Origin: a virus | DNA: 64,000 bases | Virus record (IMG/VR): IMGVR_UViG_3300025133_000029 | Coordinates: 97,003-161,002 of that record | Strand: one strand, 5' to 3' | In this document: one piece after another, positions 1 through 9,847 of the stretch | Layout: every line of letters begins with the position of its first letter | Position numbering within the stretch: position 1 is the first letter of the stretch | Notes under the pieces: model-generated | Databases searched by the model: none | What the model was told of the DNA's origin: nothing | Seen by the model: the letters and a program-made list of their open reading frames with translations, nothing else | Translations under genes and position numbers: made by a program

Positions 1-285
1 TTGTCTATGGATATAGGAAGTCCCATCCACCAAACGGAGCTGCCTCTTTATTCAATGGAAGATGTGCAGCAAGATTATGCAGATTTCTATAATGAACCTC
101 CTGAAGTACAACAAAAACTCGAGCACCTACTGGCTAGCGCACGAAATAGCATGCTTGAGCAACAAATTTCTAATGCGAACTCAGTGAGGTCATTCTATAG
201 TCGTCTTCGTGGTGCGCCTACAAGGGATCCAGAACCACAAGAACCTATACAAAGCACTGCGTTAGAAGACGATACCGAATTTTAG
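1..285 (+). CDS. hypothetical acidic protein, probably 5'-truncated by the window edge
   Basis: Open frame from base 1 to TAG at 283-285, co-oriented with the head module. Confidence 0.6.
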   Translation: MSMDIGSPIHQTELPLYSMEDVQQDYADFYNEPPEVQQKLEHLLASARNSMLEQQISNANSVRSFYSRLRGAPTRDPEPQEPIQSTALEDDTEF

Positions 286-314
286 AAAAAAAGTGTCACT
301 CGGAGATAGAGTCT

Positions 315-3300
315 ATGTCGGGAAAGATGAACTTGACCTTTGATGAAAGCGGTCAACTGAAAAGTGTGAATATCTCTGGTGATATTCCTCCAGATGCTCA
401 AGAACACGTCAAGCGAGCTTTGGGCTGGGAAGGGATGGAGGAAGAAGGATCTTTAGACGCTAAAGATTTGAATCATCCGACAACACCTCCGGGTGATAAA
501 CAAGACTTTGGGATGGAGACAGGAGATCCATCTTTGGATCAATCGCATGAGGAGCATGGTTCATTTCCTCACTCCGCTCCACCGAGTCTGGATCCTCCTC
601 CTCCTCAAGAGGATCCCGCGAATCATCCTCTGGAGACAGCTAATCCAAGAGCATCCGGTAATTCCTCTATGGGTCCTTTGCCGGTTATGCAGGATGCAGG
701 GATGGCAGGAGGGCCAGTAAATCCTCCCGATCCAGATTCCTTTATGACAACACCACCTCCGGAACTATCAGCTGGAACAGTTCGAGATTTGTATGGTCCG
801 AGTCCGGGGTCAGCAGAAGACGGGTTTCATGTGGCTCCTCCTGGTGAGAATGAACCAATCCTCAATCAAATGGTTCAAGATCAGCAGATGGAAGAGATGG
901 GTGCTTCCCCGGAGGCAGTCGTTGATATTCCGAGGGGGATTTCTCAGGAGCAATTTGCTCAACTGCCTCCTGAAGAACAGGAGGAATATCATGCTCTCCT
1001 GAGTCGTATGAACGATGCTATTGATGGGCACCAACATCAAACATTTCGTACATTGATAGGTCGTGTGCAAGAATTACAGCGGAAGATGAAGTCCTTTGCG
1101 CCAGAGCCCATGCAAGAGATGCCAGAAGTTCCGCCACCGCAGTATGCCAAGTCGGTGTCGGGGTATGATGTTTCTTATTATCTTGGAAGAGAAGGAAGTC
1201 TGCGAAAATCAGACGAAGATTCTCCGATGAGTGCAGACGGTCCGAATTTGAGATCGGCGGTTTCTTTGTCTACACCTTCTAGCAAGATGGATTCACCGGG
1301 GTCCGAAGGATCTGGTGGAGGCTTGTCTTCAGGAGAGTCGACATCTTCCTCGACTGCCTCCCCCGGTTCCTCGGTGAAGCAGAGTTCACTCTTCTCGTCT
1401 GGATCAGGATCAAATAAATCTCCTGGTCTTGGGTCCTCCTCGAGTTCAGATGAACCCGACTTGTCATCTTTTCCGGTTAGGCATGTGGCTCCGGGTAAAT
1501 TTCAAGAAAGCCAAGACAGTGGCGATAGTGCGTCTGTAGAAAGTACTGGATCGAGTGGGGTTTTCGGGGGTAGTAATGATGATGATGTTGATATCTCTTC
1601 GTTTCCAGTTCGGCATGTAGCGCCGAGCGGTCCCAGCGGAGGGAGCGGTGTGGATGATGGGAGAGAGCGGACAAACCTGCAGGCTCCTGCAGATGTTTTC
1701 GGTCGTCATTTGGATTCAAAAGGGGATCTTCATTCAAGAGGATCTCTCCATAGAATGAAACATCCAAAGTTTCATCATAGTCAGTCTCATGCTCGCTTAG
1801 TAAGTACGGGGAGCAGTCATCCCCACGAAGATCATGGTCAGATGGAGAATTATCTTCACGATCTTCTTAATCATCCCGATCATGCGGAGAGTTCCACGAA
1901 ACTTCGCGAACTTCGTGAGAAGTATGGAGAGGATTTTACTCCTTACGTCATGTCTTGGTTTGAGCACAAGCACCACTATGACCCGGAGCATCCGGAGCAA
2001 AATAGGGGTTCAAGAGCTTCTCGTGGTTCTGATGGCATTGTACCAATGATACAAGGGAAGTCCCATAATGGGCAGGGAGCACATATGTTCCAGTTCCAAG
2101 AGGGACCACACCCAGTTCATCATGGTTATGGGGGACCAGCCGCGACGGCAACTGGTCTAACGCAGGCTAAATGGCAGGATCGAGATGCTCGTGGGGCTTG
2201 GCACCAAGCCATTGCACGAACTCATTCGAACGAAGAAAACAATCACCCCAGCAACGTTGATTTTGAATTTCAGGGTGTGCCTCACACAGTTCAAATTCAT
2301 CCGGACCTATATGAGGATGTTGCTTCTGGTGAGATTTCGCCCCTCATGGCTTATCATCGAACGATGGAGATTTTAAGGGCGGAGAGTCCCGAGAAGCTAC
2401 GTTGGGGGATAAAGGACAGAGAGAATCCAGATAGATATCATGCTTATGAGCAGCAAGGGATGTCTGCGGGAGGAAAAACCAAGAGAATCGCAAATGGCCT
2501 AGCTGCGGATCAAGGGCACTACTTAGATGTCTTGGGACACGATGGTTCCTTACATGGGGAGCAATTACCCAACTGGGGAGATGATTTCAGTAGACAACAG
2601 CATTGGTTCTTTCATACCACTCAAGATGGATTTCTAGGTGGTATGAGTGACGAAGATGTTGATCTGGGAAGAATATTTGGTAAAGATAACCAATCCCTTC
2701 AAGATGGATTTTTGAAAGCTGCTCGTAGAGAAGGCAAAAAAGGACTTCATGGTAAGTTGAGTCCTTCGGGGTATAACCAGCGTCATTATTTGTATCACAG
2801 TGAGGATGATGATGCTCATCTGGGCGCGAGGTCGAAGGCTGCATTGCAGAGTGGTCGTTCTCATGTGGAGACATTCCGAAATGAAGACGGATCTCCACGA
2901 GCATCGTTGTTTCGGAGAGAGATTGGTCCCGATGCGAGTGATACTCGTCCAAGTTCACAGCCGTATGTTTTGGTGGAGCATAGTACGGATGATAAAGGAA
3001 ATCCGACACCAGGAAATAAGTGGTTTACCGCAGGAAAGGAAGGACAGGATCGTGTTTACTTTGGAACGGAGCATGGTGCTCGTCACGCGATAGATTTATT
3101 TGATCGGGTGAAGCGTGGTCAGCAGCATCCTAATGGGATTCATCAAGCGTATGCAGATTTGCAACTGCGAGAGAAGTGCCATCCCGCAATACGTGAACAA
3201 ATGGAACAACAATTTCCCTTGCTTTCGCGTATTCAATTTGGGGAGTTGCCTTATCAAGCAGTAGAGAAAGAAGTTCGACTTGGAACAGGCAAAGGTGGTG

Positions 3301-5258
3301 CGGATAAAACGTACCGAATGAGGTCGTTGAATCCTGTTATTACGGATGAAGAGTTCTGGGGAGACTACGAGTCTGTTCTGGCCACACGCGGGTCGCTGCG
3401 CCCTGAAGGGGAACAAGGTCAAGGATCTTTGCGTGCTCGTTTTGCTAATTCTGGCATGGTGGGTGAGATGTTCCCCATGATAGATAAAGCGATACGAGAA
3501 ACGAAGAATGCATGGGGACAGTTTGATGCTAAACATTGGCGTCACGATGCAAATGGAAATGTTGATTCCGACTACCAGCAAATGTTCATCGAGGCGGTCA
3601 GGGCAATCAGAGGAAAGTTTTTGACTGTTCGGCAAGGGGCGATGAACCAAGGAGGTTTTGTTCCAAACCAGGGGCCAACACAGGCAGCGCATCGTGGTAA
3701 AGGTGAAAGGGGGAAAGATTATGCTCCTCCAGGACGTCGGTGGGGAGCGGAGTGGAATGCGGGGCAGGGTAATTCCTTTATTGGATCCTATATCAGCACG
3801 CTCTTGCGATCTCAGGGTGGTCCTTTATCTAACTATTATCGTGACTATGTTGACCATGGTGCTAGCATTCCAGAAGATGTTTGGAAGAAAGAATTCCTGG
3901 ATGATTGGAAGCAAACTCAGGTAGATCAGTGGAATGTGGAGATTGGCCCATTTATACCCGAAGAGGAGCAGAGGAGTTTATTTAATGAGTTCGTAAAAGA
4001 CTTGCGGGGTATTGGGAATAGAAGTCAGGCCAGAGAGTTTTATCGAAGAAACCGTGGATGGGCGATGTATCCACAGTATAGGAAGAAGATAGGGCAGGGT
4101 GATCTGAGTGAGCGAACGGGTGTTGGGCATGGGGCAGATTATGCTTCTCAGGGGAGGCGTGAGGAGATCGCAGATGCGACGAGTGCTAGCATGGGGATGC
4201 TCAACCCAGAAGAAGCGATGATGGAGAAAGAGAGATTGGGGGGGAGTTATGCAGATAACTTATTATCGCTTGCCCCTGAATCTTCGGATTCGGAATCTGG
4301 TGTTGGGGGTCTTGATGCTTTAGCAGCTTTTGATCAAGGTGGAGAGGTGTCGGAAGAGGAACAGCGTTTTCATGACAGCATGGCTCGTATAAAAGGTGAA
4401 AAGAACGATCCTTCAAAGGAACTGTCAATCAAGGCAGGAGCGTATGTTCGGAGAAATGTCAACGCAGAGATGGATGCGTTGGTAAAGAATCACCCTGAGT
4501 TAACACAGGGGGTAGATTTGGACGAAGATGGTGATCATAACTTTCTTGACAACCATATCTATTGGCCCATCTATGATGCTTATCAGGCAATAATGACGGA
4601 GAAGGTGCTAAGGGCATCGGGGAAAGTGGTTAACAACGAAAATCTAATATCTCTGGGAAGCAGAATATTGGCTCGTTACATTTATGATCAGCATGGTGGT
4701 GAGATTGACTCCTTTGATCGAGAAGACATACAGCGCCTTGCAGAGATGAGTCGAAAGTATATTGAGCCTCTTGTGGAGAATCAAGAGCTTATGCAGGCTT
4801 TGACTAGCCATGGAAAGGCATCAACTCGAAAAAGTCTCTCTGGTTTAGATGCGGGACATATTTTGGCAACGAAACGACTGATACAGCAGAAGCGGAATAG
4901 TGTTGTGAAGTCCATATTGGATGCGGTTGCTCCTGAAAACGACATCAAGCGACTGGTTCTCTTGCGTCTCATTAAGTCACTCCGAAGTGGTGAGTTACTC
5001 AAGAGCCGTGGAGAAAGTTTAGTTGAATTGACGAGTCGATATCACCCAAAGATTTCAGAGTTTGTGGATTCAACGACTCCTCAAGAGTCGCTTCGACATG
5101 TATTGTCTTGGTATGCAGAGTTTCGCCATCATGAATTGTTCAAGGGTCTACTGGATCATGTTCAAGCGGAAATACGCTTAGATGAGGCGGATGCGCTTCA
5201 CAAGTCTGCGAAATTGAGGTTCGTATCTGCGTTTTATAATCCCTTACAGAGTAATTAG
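315..5258 (+). CDS. large (1647 aa) putative internal head/ejection protein; low-complexity N-terminus; possible sigma-like segment
   Basis: SD GGAGA before ATG; upstream of protease/scaffold/MCP; about 9 x-x-K-[S/G] motifs clustered near the ends (e.g. YAKSV, LRKSD, VVKSI, LIKSL, LLKSR, LHKSA); internal repeat D(L/I)SSFPVRHVAP x2. Confidence 0.75.
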   Translation: MSGKMNLTFDESGQLKSVNISGDIPPDAQEHVKRALGWEGMEEEGSLDAKDLNHPTTPPGDKQDFGMETGDPSLDQSHEEHGSFPHSAPPSLDPPPPQEDPANHPLETANPRASGNSSMGPLPVMQDAGMAGGPVNPPDPDSFMTTPPPELSAGTVRDLYGPSPGSAEDGFHVAPPGENEPILNQMVQDQQMEEMGASPEAVVDIPRGISQEQFAQLPPEEQEEYHALLSRMNDAIDGHQHQTFRTLIGRVQELQRKMKSFAPEPMQEMPEVPPPQYAKSVSGYDVSYYLGREGSLRKSDEDSPMSADGPNLRSAVSLSTPSSKMDSPGSEGSGGGLSSGESTSSSTASPGSSVKQSSLFSSGSGSNKSPGLGSSSSSDEPDLSSFPVRHVAPGKFQESQDSGDSASVESTGSSGVFGGSNDDDVDISSFPVRHVAPSGPSGGSGVDDGRERTNLQAPADVFGRHLDSKGDLHSRGSLHRMKHPKFHHSQSHARLVSTGSSHPHEDHGQMENYLHDLLNHPDHAESSTKLRELREKYGEDFTPYVMSWFEHKHHYDPEHPEQNRGSRASRGSDGIVPMIQGKSHNGQGAHMFQFQEGPHPVHHGYGGPAATATGLTQAKWQDRDARGAWHQAIARTHSNEENNHPSNVDFEFQGVPHTVQIHPDLYEDVASGEISPLMAYHRTMEILRAESPEKLRWGIKDRENPDRYHAYEQQGMSAGGKTKRIANGLAADQGHYLDVLGHDGSLHGEQLPNWGDDFSRQQHWFFHTTQDGFLGGMSDEDVDLGRIFGKDNQSLQDGFLKAARREGKKGLHGKLSPSGYNQRHYLYHSEDDDAHLGARSKAALQSGRSHVETFRNEDGSPRASLFRREIGPDASDTRPSSQPYVLVEHSTDDKGNPTPGNKWFTAGKEGQDRVYFGTEHGARHAIDLFDRVKRGQQHPNGIHQAYADLQLREKCHPAIREQMEQQFPLLSRIQFGELPYQAVEKEVRLGTGKGGADKTYRMRSLNPVITDEEFWGDYESVLATRGSLRPEGEQGQGSLRARFANSGMVGEMFPMIDKAIRETKNAWGQFDAKHWRHDANGNVDSDYQQMFIEAVRAIRGKFLTVRQGAMNQGGFVPNQGPTQAAHRGKGERGKDYAPPGRRWGAEWNAGQGNSFIGSYISTLLRSQGGPLSNYYRDYVDHGASIPEDVWKKEFLDDWKQTQVDQWNVEIGPFIPEEEQRSLFNEFVKDLRGIGNRSQAREFYRRNRGWAMYPQYRKKIGQGDLSERTGVGHGADYASQGRREEIADATSASMGMLNPEEAMMEKERLGGSYADNLLSLAPESSDSESGVGGLDALAAFDQGGEVSEEEQRFHDSMARIKGEKNDPSKELSIKAGAYVRRNVNAEMDALVKNHPELTQGVDLDEDGDHNFLDNHIYWPIYDAYQAIMTEKVLRASGKVVNNENLISLGSRILARYIYDQHGGEIDSFDREDIQRLAEMSRKYIEPLVENQELMQALTSHGKASTRKSLSGLDAGHILATKRLIQQKRNSVVKSILDAVAPENDIKRLVLLRLIKSLRSGELLKSRGESLVELTSRYHPKISEFVDSTTPQESLRHVLSWYAEFRHHELFKGLLDHVQAEIRLDEADALHKSAKLRFVSAFYNPLQSN

Positions 5259-5392
5259 TTTTATAGAGGAGAAGAGTGTCTGGTTTTCTTCGAATCTTTA
5301 GAGTCTAAAGATTTCCTGATATGTTGATGGTGTGTCAATTGTCTTTATGGATCTTTAGACTCTAAAGATTTTCTTATTATTTGGATGGTGTA

Positions 5393-5689
5393 ATGAGTGA
5401 AATGCGAGAACTCCGATGTTCAAAGTGCGGCAATCGTATGTTGCGCAAATCGGGCAAGGACGGGCGTTGGAGGTTGAGCAGTTTGGTTATTACTATGGAT
5501 AACCAGGGGATGGATTTTACTATCATATGTAAGGATTGTCGGTCAGAGGAGAAGGTCCCTGTGCGATTACAAATGGCTCTCCCGCCGACCATCCCTGGTA
5601 ATCCTCTTGCTCCTCAAGAAGAGGATCGACCCAACACACCACTTACTTTTAAAGAGCAGAAAAAAACAAGCGGTGAAGCAATAGATTGA
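5393..5689 (+). CDS. small Zn-ribbon protein, Mu Com-like
   Basis: MRELRCSKCGNRML...IICKDC; two CxxC pairs in the Com-family arrangement. Confidence 0.6.
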   Translation: MSEMRELRCSKCGNRMLRKSGKDGRWRLSSLVITMDNQGMDFTIICKDCRSEEKVPVRLQMALPPTIPGNPLAPQEEDRPNTPLTFKEQKKTSGEAID

Positions 5690-5712
5690 AATTGTGTTTT
5701 TTGTAAAAAAAC

Positions 5713-5742
5713 TTGACACGGATTTCATTTTGTTTGTAGTTT
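5713..5742 (+). promoter_or_regulatory. sigma70-like promoter upstream of the protease-scaffold-MCP genes
   Basis: TTGACA(5713)-18 nt-TAGTTT(5737) with an A-rich upstream tract. Confidence 0.5.
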
Positions 5743-5837
5743 GAAAAGCACAGTTCTTCTTCGGACTTATTTTGGTTCATTTGAAATAAGTGTGAAGTGG
5801 TTCAAAGAAATGTATGCAAAGAATGTGTTTTGCATGG

Positions 5838-5870
5838 AAGGGAGAGTGCCCTACGGTCCTCTCCCTTTTT
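5838..5870 (+). terminator. terminator/attenuator-like hairpin before the protease gene
   Basis: AAGGGAGAG...CTCTCCCTT followed by a T-run. Confidence 0.5.
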
Positions 5871-5907
5871 GCATTTAAAGTGCAGAGTTTCTTCAATGAG
5901 ATGAAAA

Positions 5908-6858
5908 ATGCTTCCTTTTATACGACCCGCACAAGAAAAACAATATGACTATGGCACTCTAATAGACCCGTGGGACTTGCTTTCTAAAGCGATGCCTGAT
6001 GGACAGTTGGGTGATTTTGGTTTTGCCATAAAGGGCATGGCTCGAAAAGAGGAGAGCACTGGATTCCAGCGGAGGTGGATTCGCGGTGTTGCATCAACAC
6101 CGGATCTTGACTTGCAGGAAGAAACTATTATCCAGAAAGGCTTAGATCTTAGATATTTTCGTCAGTATGGTTTTTTCAATGATGACCATAAGCCGGGAAA
6201 TAATAACAAGGTCGGAGAACCCACAGTCGCTACACTTAAGACCGTAAAGAACAAGTCAGGGAAGTCTCTTCTTGGTTTGTGGACAGAGGGTTTTATTTGG
6301 GCAAAAGGACATCATCCTGGCGCAGACCATATATGGGAATTAGCGAAGGCGATGGAGATGAGCGGGTCTCGTCGTCAAATGGCATTCTCTATACAGGGGA
6401 AAGTCCTTCTTAGAGACGGTGGAAGAGTTCTAAAAGCTTGGGTTCAGGATATTGCCATTACACCAAGTCCCATTAATCCTGAGACATGGTTGGAGCTTGC
6501 TCCACAGTTAGCCAAGTCTTTGGACACACCACATGATAGAGATGTTATTTGTAAAAGCATTTCTATAGATCCAGATGCATTTGATGATTCTCCCTCTGTT
6601 GATCTTGGGGAAGCAATGGAGAGTCATAAGGCATTGAGTGTAGCAGGAGGTAGTATCCTGGTGCCTCAGTCATTAGAGGGTACTCGTAACGCAACGTTTC
6701 GATCCTATCCTCCTGGTCATCCCCAAAACAACGAAGCTCCTAGTGAACTTAATAAGAGTTTGGTTTTTGCTTTCAACGAATTTCGTCGTCGCAACTACAA
6801 TGAGCATCGTGCATGGCAGTTGGCTCAAGCCGCAGTGGCTAGAACCATGTTTCTTTAG
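5908..6858 (+). CDS. prohead (capsid maturation) protease
   Basis: IRGVASTPDLDLQEE, FFNDDH, KVGEP, AFSIQG, DIAITPSPINP motifs typical of HK97/SPO1-type prohead proteases; two genes upstream of MCP. Confidence 0.88.
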   Translation: MLPFIRPAQEKQYDYGTLIDPWDLLSKAMPDGQLGDFGFAIKGMARKEESTGFQRRWIRGVASTPDLDLQEETIIQKGLDLRYFRQYGFFNDDHKPGNNNKVGEPTVATLKTVKNKSGKSLLGLWTEGFIWAKGHHPGADHIWELAKAMEMSGSRRQMAFSIQGKVLLRDGGRVLKAWVQDIAITPSPINPETWLELAPQLAKSLDTPHDRDVICKSISIDPDAFDDSPSVDLGEAMESHKALSVAGGSILVPQSLEGTRNATFRSYPPGHPQNNEAPSELNKSLVFAFNEFRRRNYNEHRAWQLAQAAVARTMFL

Positions 6859-6893
6859 TGTATCTCCCCAACCTCACAAGAGGAGAATTTGAG

Positions 6894-8021
6894 ATGTCCC
6901 AACAACCAAACTCGAACACAGCACTCTTGCACAGCATCGATCATCTCGATGACCTGCTGTCCAAGTCCCAGATTGTTACGGGTGGAAATTCCGAACGCCG
7001 AGAATGGGCTGGTTCCCAGCATACGGATGAGAAAACCCCATCCCCGGCTCCTGATGGCACAAGCTATCAACCTGACAAACCTATCGCTCACAAGTCCATC
7101 GCGGAAATGTCGAATGAAGAGATCCAATCTTTTCTGGAGCTTCGCAAATCTGGACTCCCCAATGTTCGCGCAGCCGAAGCAGAGATTGAGCGCCTTCCTG
7201 GTGTTCACAAGTCTATCTGTGGCGATTGTGTTGGTGTTGGTCAGGACGTGATGCGCAAATCCCGATGTGGAAATTGCGCAGGACACGGTATTGTCTTTGC
7301 TTACCCAGATGCGATGACGGGTCAGCAAGCTATGGCTATCGCAGACAAGTATAACTGTGGTCCCAATAGCATTTCCAAGAGCCAACCTTCCAATGAAGGT
7401 GGTGCTCGAGCGCAAGATCCAGATGCATCCTCGGTTCCTAAGACCATGACTGACTATAACCCCGATAAAAAGGGTGAGACCAGTCAAGATGTGGCAAAGG
7501 GTGGCGGCGAGTGTGACGAAGATCTTCTCCCAGAAGAAGGCGAAGAGTGGATGAAGTCTCTCCGGACTATCCAGAAGGGTCTCCATGCAGCGCTTGCCAG
7601 CTTGAAAGAGCAGGGCGCTCGTTTGGCCCATGTGGAGCAGCTTGCCACAGCGAGTGGGCGAACGACCTCCAATATGGCCAAGAGTTTCTCTGGCTACCAA
7701 GGCAATCCCGATCAGTCTCGTGTTCCCGCTCGTGGTCCCATGGCGCAAGGCCACGGTCTGCAGATAAACCCGCAAGATGTCCAGGTTCTCAACAAGAGCC
7801 AGGGTCCTGGTCTGCAACAGCAGCCCCAGGAAATCTCCCGTGATCAGTGGACAGAGATGAAGAAGTCGGCTACGGCTCTCGTCTATGAAGGCAAACTCGA
7901 CCCTGGTGTTGTTTTGCGAATGGACACCGATCAGATGCCTACCCCTGAAATCATGCAAATGATTCAAGAGCGTATGCATGCAGGTCGCCAACAAGCCCCA
8001 CAACAGAATTACTACCAGTAG
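6894..8021 (+). CDS. putative scaffolding/head assembly protein with a CxxC-CxxC segment
   Basis: SD AGAGGAG; between protease and MCP; about 12 x-x-K-[S/G] putative cleavage motifs; coiled-coil-like stretch. Confidence 0.7.
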   Translation: MSQQPNSNTALLHSIDHLDDLLSKSQIVTGGNSERREWAGSQHTDEKTPSPAPDGTSYQPDKPIAHKSIAEMSNEEIQSFLELRKSGLPNVRAAEAEIERLPGVHKSICGDCVGVGQDVMRKSRCGNCAGHGIVFAYPDAMTGQQAMAIADKYNCGPNSISKSQPSNEGGARAQDPDASSVPKTMTDYNPDKKGETSQDVAKGGGECDEDLLPEEGEEWMKSLRTIQKGLHAALASLKEQGARLAHVEQLATASGRTTSNMAKSFSGYQGNPDQSRVPARGPMAQGHGLQINPQDVQVLNKSQGPGLQQQPQEISRDQWTEMKKSATALVYEGKLDPGVVLRMDTDQMPTPEIMQMIQERMHAGRQQAPQQNYYQ

Positions 8022-8211
8022 TCTCTCTTAGCGTTGCCGCGCTCAGAGAATAAAAAGGCAGGTTTACTTTTCATGAAATGGAATCTTTAGAACTCAAAAG
8101 ATCTTCTGGCAAACACAAAGTCAAAAATCTTTAGATTCTAAAGATTCTAAAAGAAGACGTAGCCTCCTTTTGTCTCTTTAGAAACTCCCTCTTCACTTAG
8201 GAGAAGAAAAG

Positions 8212-9702
8212 ATGTACCCACCCGTCAGTCTTTCTCAATATAACGAGATGGGCTTGCATGGTTTTGGACATGGAACTCGACAGCAAGTCGACGAACTGAA
8301 CAAAGCCCTCTCCGCAGGCTACGTCACAGATCGGACCAACATGACAGGCGGCAACGCACTTCGTGTCGAGTCTTTGGAAGAATCTTTGAAGGTTCTCACC
8401 TTCACCGATCGCCACCTTAAGCTCTGGCCCAAAATCCACAAGAGCCCCGCGTACTCCACTGTAGAAGAATACAATCAGCTTACGAGCTATGGGAATGATT
8501 TCTACGGTCCCTTCATTGGAGAGGGACAAACTCCTCAGTCGAATGACTCCAACTTCCAGCGTAAAACTGCGCTCGTGAAGTTCATGGGCACGACCCGAGA
8601 AGTTTCACACCAAGCCACTCTCGTCCATCCAGCACACGGTGACTTGATTGCGCTCGAGAACCAGAACGGAATCATGTGGCTCCTTCGCCAGATTGAAGTC
8701 TTCTTGTTCAAAGGAAATCGAAACCTCGCCTTCAGTGGTGAGAGTGTGATGTTCGATGGGCTCGATCAACTGATCGATTCGAGCAACTATCTCGACGTTG
8801 AGGGTTCCCCTCTTCAAGAGAGCGACTTCGAAGAAGCCAGCAACCTGCTCGCCGAAAACTACGCCTTCCCCACTGACGCCTTCCTCGGCTTCCGTCCCAT
8901 GTCGGACCTCGTGAAGACCTTCTATCCCCGCCATCGTGTGCAGCTTCCTTCCCCCACGGATGGTCGCATTGGACAAGCCGTAACAAGCATGTCCACACAA
9001 GCGGGTGTGTTGAACTTCAACGCAGACGTCTTCATCCAACGACCTGAGACTGCTCCCGACACTGTTCGCGGTCCCTCCACTATGGTCCCCACCGCTCCTG
9101 CAGGATTCTCGACCCTCGCGGTTACCGTTTCGACAGACGGTGAATTCGATAAGAGCCAGGGTGCCGACGACGCCGTTTATGGATACAAGGTCTCGGCCTG
9201 TAACCAGTATGGCGAATCCGTGGCCTCTGTTGCCGCGATTACCCCCACCCTCACGGGCGCAAACGCAGAGGCGGGGCACGTCATCACCTTCGTCATCAAA
9301 AACGCCGCAGCGCTCACCAATCCTCCCGAATACTTTAACGTGTATCGGACCCTCGCTCTGACTGCGACGACAACCTTGTCCGACGTTCAAGCTCTCTCCG
9401 CTCTCGCGTTCTCTCGTATTCTTCAGGTCCGCGCACGATCCCAGGCCGCAAACGGTTTGACTCCTGCCTCTCCTGGTGTTGAGACAGACAAGAACCAATT
9501 CATGCCATTCACGGAGATGGCCTACGTTGGAGAGCTTTCTCCGCAGGTGATAACTTGTCGCCAATTGGCTCCTCTGATGAAGATCGACCTTGCCCTCCAA
9601 GGACCCGTCTATCGTTGGATGATCTTGGCGTACATGGTCCCGATTCTCTTCGCTCCGCTGAAGTTCATGAGAATTCTGAACATCGGTAGATTGGGTAGCT
9701 AG
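8212..9702 (+). CDS. major capsid protein, SPO1/phage K (Herelleviridae)-like
   Basis: GGNALRVESLE, STVEEYNQL, FDGLDQLID, VGELSPQV, LAPLMKIDLA, APLKFMRILNI match by eye the phage K MCP motifs (GALRRE, FDGLAKLID, VGEMSPQV, LPMMKLPLA, APKKWARIKNV); N-terminal LNK/A site; SD AGGAG. Confidence 0.93.
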   Translation: MYPPVSLSQYNEMGLHGFGHGTRQQVDELNKALSAGYVTDRTNMTGGNALRVESLEESLKVLTFTDRHLKLWPKIHKSPAYSTVEEYNQLTSYGNDFYGPFIGEGQTPQSNDSNFQRKTALVKFMGTTREVSHQATLVHPAHGDLIALENQNGIMWLLRQIEVFLFKGNRNLAFSGESVMFDGLDQLIDSSNYLDVEGSPLQESDFEEASNLLAENYAFPTDAFLGFRPMSDLVKTFYPRHRVQLPSPTDGRIGQAVTSMSTQAGVLNFNADVFIQRPETAPDTVRGPSTMVPTAPAGFSTLAVTVSTDGEFDKSQGADDAVYGYKVSACNQYGESVASVAAITPTLTGANAEAGHVITFVIKNAAALTNPPEYFNVYRTLALTATTTLSDVQALSALAFSRILQVRARSQAANGLTPASPGVETDKNQFMPFTEMAYVGELSPQVITCRQLAPLMKIDLALQGPVYRWMILAYMVPILFAPLKFMRILNIGRLGS

Positions 9703-9744
9703 GTAAAAGCTTTCCCAATCTAGGGACTCTCGTAAGAGTTCTCT

Positions 9745-9782
9745 AAAAGCCTCCCCTGATATTAGTCGGGGGAGGCTTTTTT
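9745..9782 (+). terminator. intrinsic terminator after MCP
   Basis: AAAAGCCTCCCCTGA-loop-TCGGGGGAGGCTTTTTT. Confidence 0.9.
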
Positions 9783-9847
9783 GTTCGTGGGAATGAAAAT
9801 CATGGCATTATATATGAACGGTTTTTCTATAAGAAGCGGGGCTTAGC

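Noticed and set aside
6855-9600. Long antisense ORFs 6855-8003 and 8605-9600
   Set aside because: Shadows of the scaffold and MCP genes; no motifs or SD.
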